Below, one piece after another: positions 60,724 to 64,000 of a stretch of 64,000 bases of DNA. The position numbers and the translations under genes were made by a program. The notes below the pieces were generated by a model. The model worked only from the letters and a program-made list of their open reading frames with translations, was not told where the DNA came from and did no database searches. Each line of letters starts with the position of its first letter. Position 1 is the first letter of the stretch. The stretch lies in the sequence record DRR723986_585; one strand, written 5' to 3'.

Positions 60724-60791
60724 TACGTATTTACCCTGATTCGTCTCAGTATAAATACTGATGCTATTTTAAATGTGTCTGGCTAGTTTTG
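60724..60791 (+). promoter_or_regulatory. 7-2-7 operator sites plus -7 promoter element of the ETR-like operon
   Basis: Perfect TCAGTAT-AA-ATACTGA at 60746-60761; degenerate 16-mer tacgtatttaccctga at 60724-60739; TAGTTTTG at 60784-60791. Confidence 0.55.
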
Positions 60792-60807
60792 AAACTTTTC
60801 CTACACT

Positions 60808-61308
60808 ATGAATGAACTTACCGAATTCTTCACCAAATTATTAGAAGTAGAAGCATGGCCACCGAGATGGTATTGTGGGACCTGGACCTCATTCCACGGT
60901 TGGTTATACATACTGAGTGATCTTGCCATTTGGTTGGCTTATTTTTTTATTCCGGTTATTATCATTTTGTTCATTCAAAAAAGACCAAACATCCCATTTT
61001 TACCGGTATTTTGGTTATTCGGGGCGTTCATCCTATTGTGCGGCATGACGCATGTTATAGATGCTATTATTTTTTGGTGGCCTGCCTACGGACTCAGTGC
61101 TCTGGTCAAATTTTTTACCGCAATTGTCAGTTTTGTTACTGTTTTTGCCCTTATTAGAGATTTACCGAAGCTCTTAGATATCACAACAAGACATAAACCC
61201 AATCCTACTGAAGAAGATGTAAAAAGCATTCAAGATCAGCTAGATTTAAAAGATATGCAGATTGAATCTCTTCAAAAAGAACTGGACCGTCTGAACAGAA
61301 AAGGCTGA
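60808..61308 (+). CDS. Stand-alone ethylene-receptor-type (ETR1 N-terminal) three-TM sensor
   Basis: SDLAIWLAYFFIP and FGAFILLCGMTH align to ETR1 SDFFIAIAYFSIP and FGAFIVLCGATH; short C-terminal coiled coil; no output domain. Confidence 0.88.
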   Translation: MNELTEFFTKLLEVEAWPPRWYCGTWTSFHGWLYILSDLAIWLAYFFIPVIIILFIQKRPNIPFLPVFWLFGAFILLCGMTHVIDAIIFWWPAYGLSALVKFFTAIVSFVTVFALIRDLPKLLDITTRHKPNPTEEDVKSIQDQLDLKDMQIESLQKELDRLNRKG

Positions 61309-61349
61309 AAAATATAGGACAAAATATCGCCCTGTTAGCCCTGGCCCTG

Positions 61350-62789
61350 ATGCTCACGGCAATGATTTATTTATTGGACTTCAAAGCACCGAATAATGTT
61401 GCCTCTGGTGTTGCTTATGCAATTGTAATTTTCTATAGCTGGCTATTACCATGGAAACATTCCACCATTGTATTCGGTGTTTTTTGTACTGTTCTACTCA
61501 TCATCAGTTATCAGACCGGAGCTAAAGACGGAGTAGAAACAAATACGGCCATCCTTAATGTAGTTTTTTCGATAATCGCCATTTGGTCTTGCGCTCTAGT
61601 TGTTTTGATTGGACGCAAATCATTAGATTCAACTGAGAAAGCAAAAATTAACTTGGCTAAACAAGTTGAAATTAGAACGCGTGATCTCAAATACAGTGAG
61701 CAGCGTCTAAAAGAAAGTGAACAAATCTATAGAAATCTGTATGAACACGGGAACGAAATGTTCTTTTCTATTGATGCTAAAGATCATTCAATCATCAAGT
61801 GCAATAAGACTTTAACGAATTGGTTTGGAATTGATAAGGAAGATATTTTGGGTAAACCAATTTCTAAACTATTTGATGAGCTAAACGCAGATAAAATTAT
61901 CAATAACGTGGTTTCCAAAAAAGATCCATATCAAGATCTACAATTGCATATTAAAAACAAATTAGGCAACACTAGAGATGTGGCCTTTCATTTCACATCA
62001 GTAAAAACTGAAATTGATTCATATTTCATGTGCAGCTTAACCGACATAAGTCAACAAATTGAAGACGCACGCAAAATTCAGGTTCAGAATGAATTACTTA
62101 TTAATAAAAATGCCGAGCTAGAACAGTTTGCTTATGTAGCTTCGCATGATCTTCAAGAGCCTCTTAGAACCGCTTCAAGCTTCATTGGTCTTGTATTGGA
62201 AAAATACTCTGATGGAATAGACGAAAACGGAAAAGCATTTTTGCGCCGAATTGTTGGAGCCAACAATCGAATGAAAAATTTAATTCAAAGCATTTTGGAT
62301 TATTCAAGAATCGGAAAAAACACGCAAATAGCGGAGATCGATTTGAATAAAATAGTAAACGAAATTCTGCAAGACTTCCATTCCATCATTTCAGAATCAG
62401 ATGCAGACATACACGTCCAACAACTTCCTAAAATCAACGGTTCTTACAACGAAATTCGAATTCTTTTTCAAAACTTAATTTCAAACGCTTTAAAATTCAA
62501 ATCAGACAATCGTCCTGTTAAAATTGAAATAAGTAGCGAGATTCAAGATCGTAATTTCTTTATTCATGTAAAAGACAATGGAATTGGTGTCGAGCCTCAA
62601 TTTAAAAAGCGAATATTCTTGATTTTTCAACGATTGCATACCAGAGATGAGTACGAAGGAACAGGAATTGGACTCGCACAGGTCAATAAAATAGCCCAAT
62701 TTCATGAGGGGTCCATCAAACTTGAAACAGAATTAGGCAAAGGATCAACTTTTTCCCTGCAGCTACCGATTAGTCGTTTGGTGAGCTAA
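61350..62789 (+). CDS. Membrane PAS-domain sensor histidine kinase (true start may be upstream, e.g. CTG 61305)
   Basis: N-terminal TM helices, PAS (CNK...FG...EDILGK), H-box ASHDLQEPLR, NLISNALKF, DNGIG, GTGIGL, GKGSTF. Confidence 0.93.
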   Translation: MLTAMIYLLDFKAPNNVASGVAYAIVIFYSWLLPWKHSTIVFGVFCTVLLIISYQTGAKDGVETNTAILNVVFSIIAIWSCALVVLIGRKSLDSTEKAKINLAKQVEIRTRDLKYSEQRLKESEQIYRNLYEHGNEMFFSIDAKDHSIIKCNKTLTNWFGIDKEDILGKPISKLFDELNADKIINNVVSKKDPYQDLQLHIKNKLGNTRDVAFHFTSVKTEIDSYFMCSLTDISQQIEDARKIQVQNELLINKNAELEQFAYVASHDLQEPLRTASSFIGLVLEKYSDGIDENGKAFLRRIVGANNRMKNLIQSILDYSRIGKNTQIAEIDLNKIVNEILQDFHSIISESDADIHVQQLPKINGSYNEIRILFQNLISNALKFKSDNRPVKIEISSEIQDRNFFIHVKDNGIGVEPQFKKRIFLIFQRLHTRDEYEGTGIGLAQVNKIAQFHEGSIKLETELGKGSTFSLQLPISRLVS

Positions 62790-62791
62790 AT

Positions 62792-63907
62792 TCAATCAAA
62801 ATTTTCAATTCGTTTTTCTCCCTGCTCATCCCAGTACTGCCACTCTCCTATTTGCTTGCCGACCTTGTATTTGCCTTGCATTTTCTTCTTACCGTTTTCG
62901 TAATAATCAATGCGTTCTCCATCTAACTCTCCATTTAACCAGTTCGCTTTGACTTCAAGTTTACCAGATTCATAATTTCTGAAATACGGCCCTGATGAAA
63001 GTCCATCAACCTTTGTTTGCTGAAAATGAATGTTTCCATTTTCATAATAGGCCGTACATACCCCAGCATATTCTCCTTTGTGCTTTTTACCCGATTCTTT
63101 CTTATTACCGTTTTTGTAATAAACCACATATTCGCCTTCCAACGTGTCATTTACAAAATTCCCTGTGGTATGTAAAGTTCCGTCTTCGTAATAATTCTTA
63201 GCTGAGCCTTCTTTTAATCCATCAATATTTTCACCTTCGTAACGTATGTTTCCATTCGGATGATACCAAATCTCAGGACCAGATAATTGACCCAAAAAGT
63301 AATTCAAACGCTTTAATAGTGTGTCGTTATAATAGATTTTATACTCTCCGTGATATTGACCGAGCATGCTAAAGTTTTCTCTTGTAATACTATCTTCTGA
63401 TGAGTACTCGATTGATTCACCCATAGGAAAACCACTGAAATATTTAGAGTCAATAATGGTTTTACCATTTTCATCTTTCACAATTTCATGCTCAATAAGC
63501 AAGTCTTTTTTCCAACTGATAAACACCTCATTATCAGACTCTAGATAATCATTCAAATTAGATTTTTTCTTCGGCAATTTTACGGTTAATGTTACAGCAA
63601 TTCCTGACTCCGCAACATCCACTTTTGAAATGGTAACACCCACTTCTTCGTGAATAGTAGAAAGATTTCCCTTTTTATCTTCAACGCCTTGATGAATAAT
63701 TAAAGTAGCTGGAGTACCGTCAGTCGGTTGATAAGACTTTTCGCATACAAACATAAGCTTCACTTCATCAGATTGAAGGTCTACAACGGCTGCACCAAAC
63801 AATAGGTCAGTTTGCTCAACAGCCGAGGTCATATCAGCAGTTTGAGAAAAACTAAGCGTTTGAAAAAATAAGAAAAGGCAAAATAGAAATTGTGAGTTTT
63901 TAATCAT
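62792..63907 (-). CDS. Exported MORN-variant repeat (YwqK-like) protein
   Basis: Signal peptide from ATG 63907; repeats G....YYE(N/D)G in the C-terminal half. Confidence 0.85.
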   Translation of the reverse strand: MIKNSQFLFCLFLFFQTLSFSQTADMTSAVEQTDLLFGAAVVDLQSDEVKLMFVCEKSYQPTDGTPATLIIHQGVEDKKGNLSTIHEEVGVTISKVDVAESGIAVTLTVKLPKKKSNLNDYLESDNEVFISWKKDLLIEHEIVKDENGKTIIDSKYFSGFPMGESIEYSSEDSITRENFSMLGQYHGEYKIYYNDTLLKRLNYFLGQLSGPEIWYHPNGNIRYEGENIDGLKEGSAKNYYEDGTLHTTGNFVNDTLEGEYVVYYKNGNKKESGKKHKGEYAGVCTAYYENGNIHFQQTKVDGLSSGPYFRNYESGKLEVKANWLNGELDGERIDYYENGKKKMQGKYKVGKQIGEWQYWDEQGEKRIENFD

Positions 63908-64000
63908 GTTACTAAAATAATAGAAATTCAGAAAAGAAAGACTTTTCCTAAATTCCTCCAACCTATTAGAAGAGAAAATCGTGATACTGTTTAGACCCAA

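Noticed and set aside
61261-61352. Programmed -1 frameshift or broken gene fusing the ETR-like sensor to the kinase
   Set aside because: The kinase frame is -1 and open from 61266, but there is no canonical slippery heptamer, the sensor ends in a coherent coiled coil, and the kinase has its own TM region; two genes is simpler.
1006-63548. Short 60-122 aa ORFs in the track nested in or antisense to long genes (e.g. 1006-1188, 2867-3127, 42359-42727)
   Set aside because: Shadow ORFs without motifs, overlapping well-supported CDSs.
62792-64000. YwqK toxin-antitoxin system and the 402-aa ORF start at 64000
   Set aside because: Only MORN-variant repeats are present with no toxin visible; the signal peptide indicates a start at 63907.

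Overview
AT-rich chromosomal segment of a Bacteroidota bacterium. T9SS cargo, PorP/SprF and TAnnTTTG promoter elements support this; a Flavobacteriales/Crocinitomicaceae-like placement is inference. It is densely coding (about 43 CDS); I found no rRNA, tRNA, CRISPR array, transposase, integrase or phage genes. Housekeeping genes (mnmA, Tex, DEAD-box and PIF1-like helicases, LolD-like ATPase, Smr) are mixed with many exported proteins. Main points: (1) a stand-alone ethylene-receptor-type membrane sensor (60808-61308) keeps all seven ETR1 ethylene-binding residues at ETR1 spacing, lies directly upstream of a membrane PAS histidine kinase and follows a 7-2-7 inverted-repeat operator, making it a candidate split gas/copper-sensing system; (2) four translationally coupled, exported paralogues of an uncharacterised KPVIYLY...EWGG domain (46707-50594); (3) a soluble TPR-6xGAF-PP2C phosphatase whose last codons are duplicated around a REP-like insert; (4) a type-B T9SS module with a 2807-aa beta-helical adhesin, PorP and an atypical PorE-like protein; (5) a catalytically degenerate dihydroorotase homologue; (6) two real genes missing from the ORF track, a >1190-aa TPR/DUF3857/transglutaminase gene at the left edge and a 36-aa membrane peptide in the PIG-L/SSS operon. 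Family assignments are from motif recognition by eye; no searches were run.
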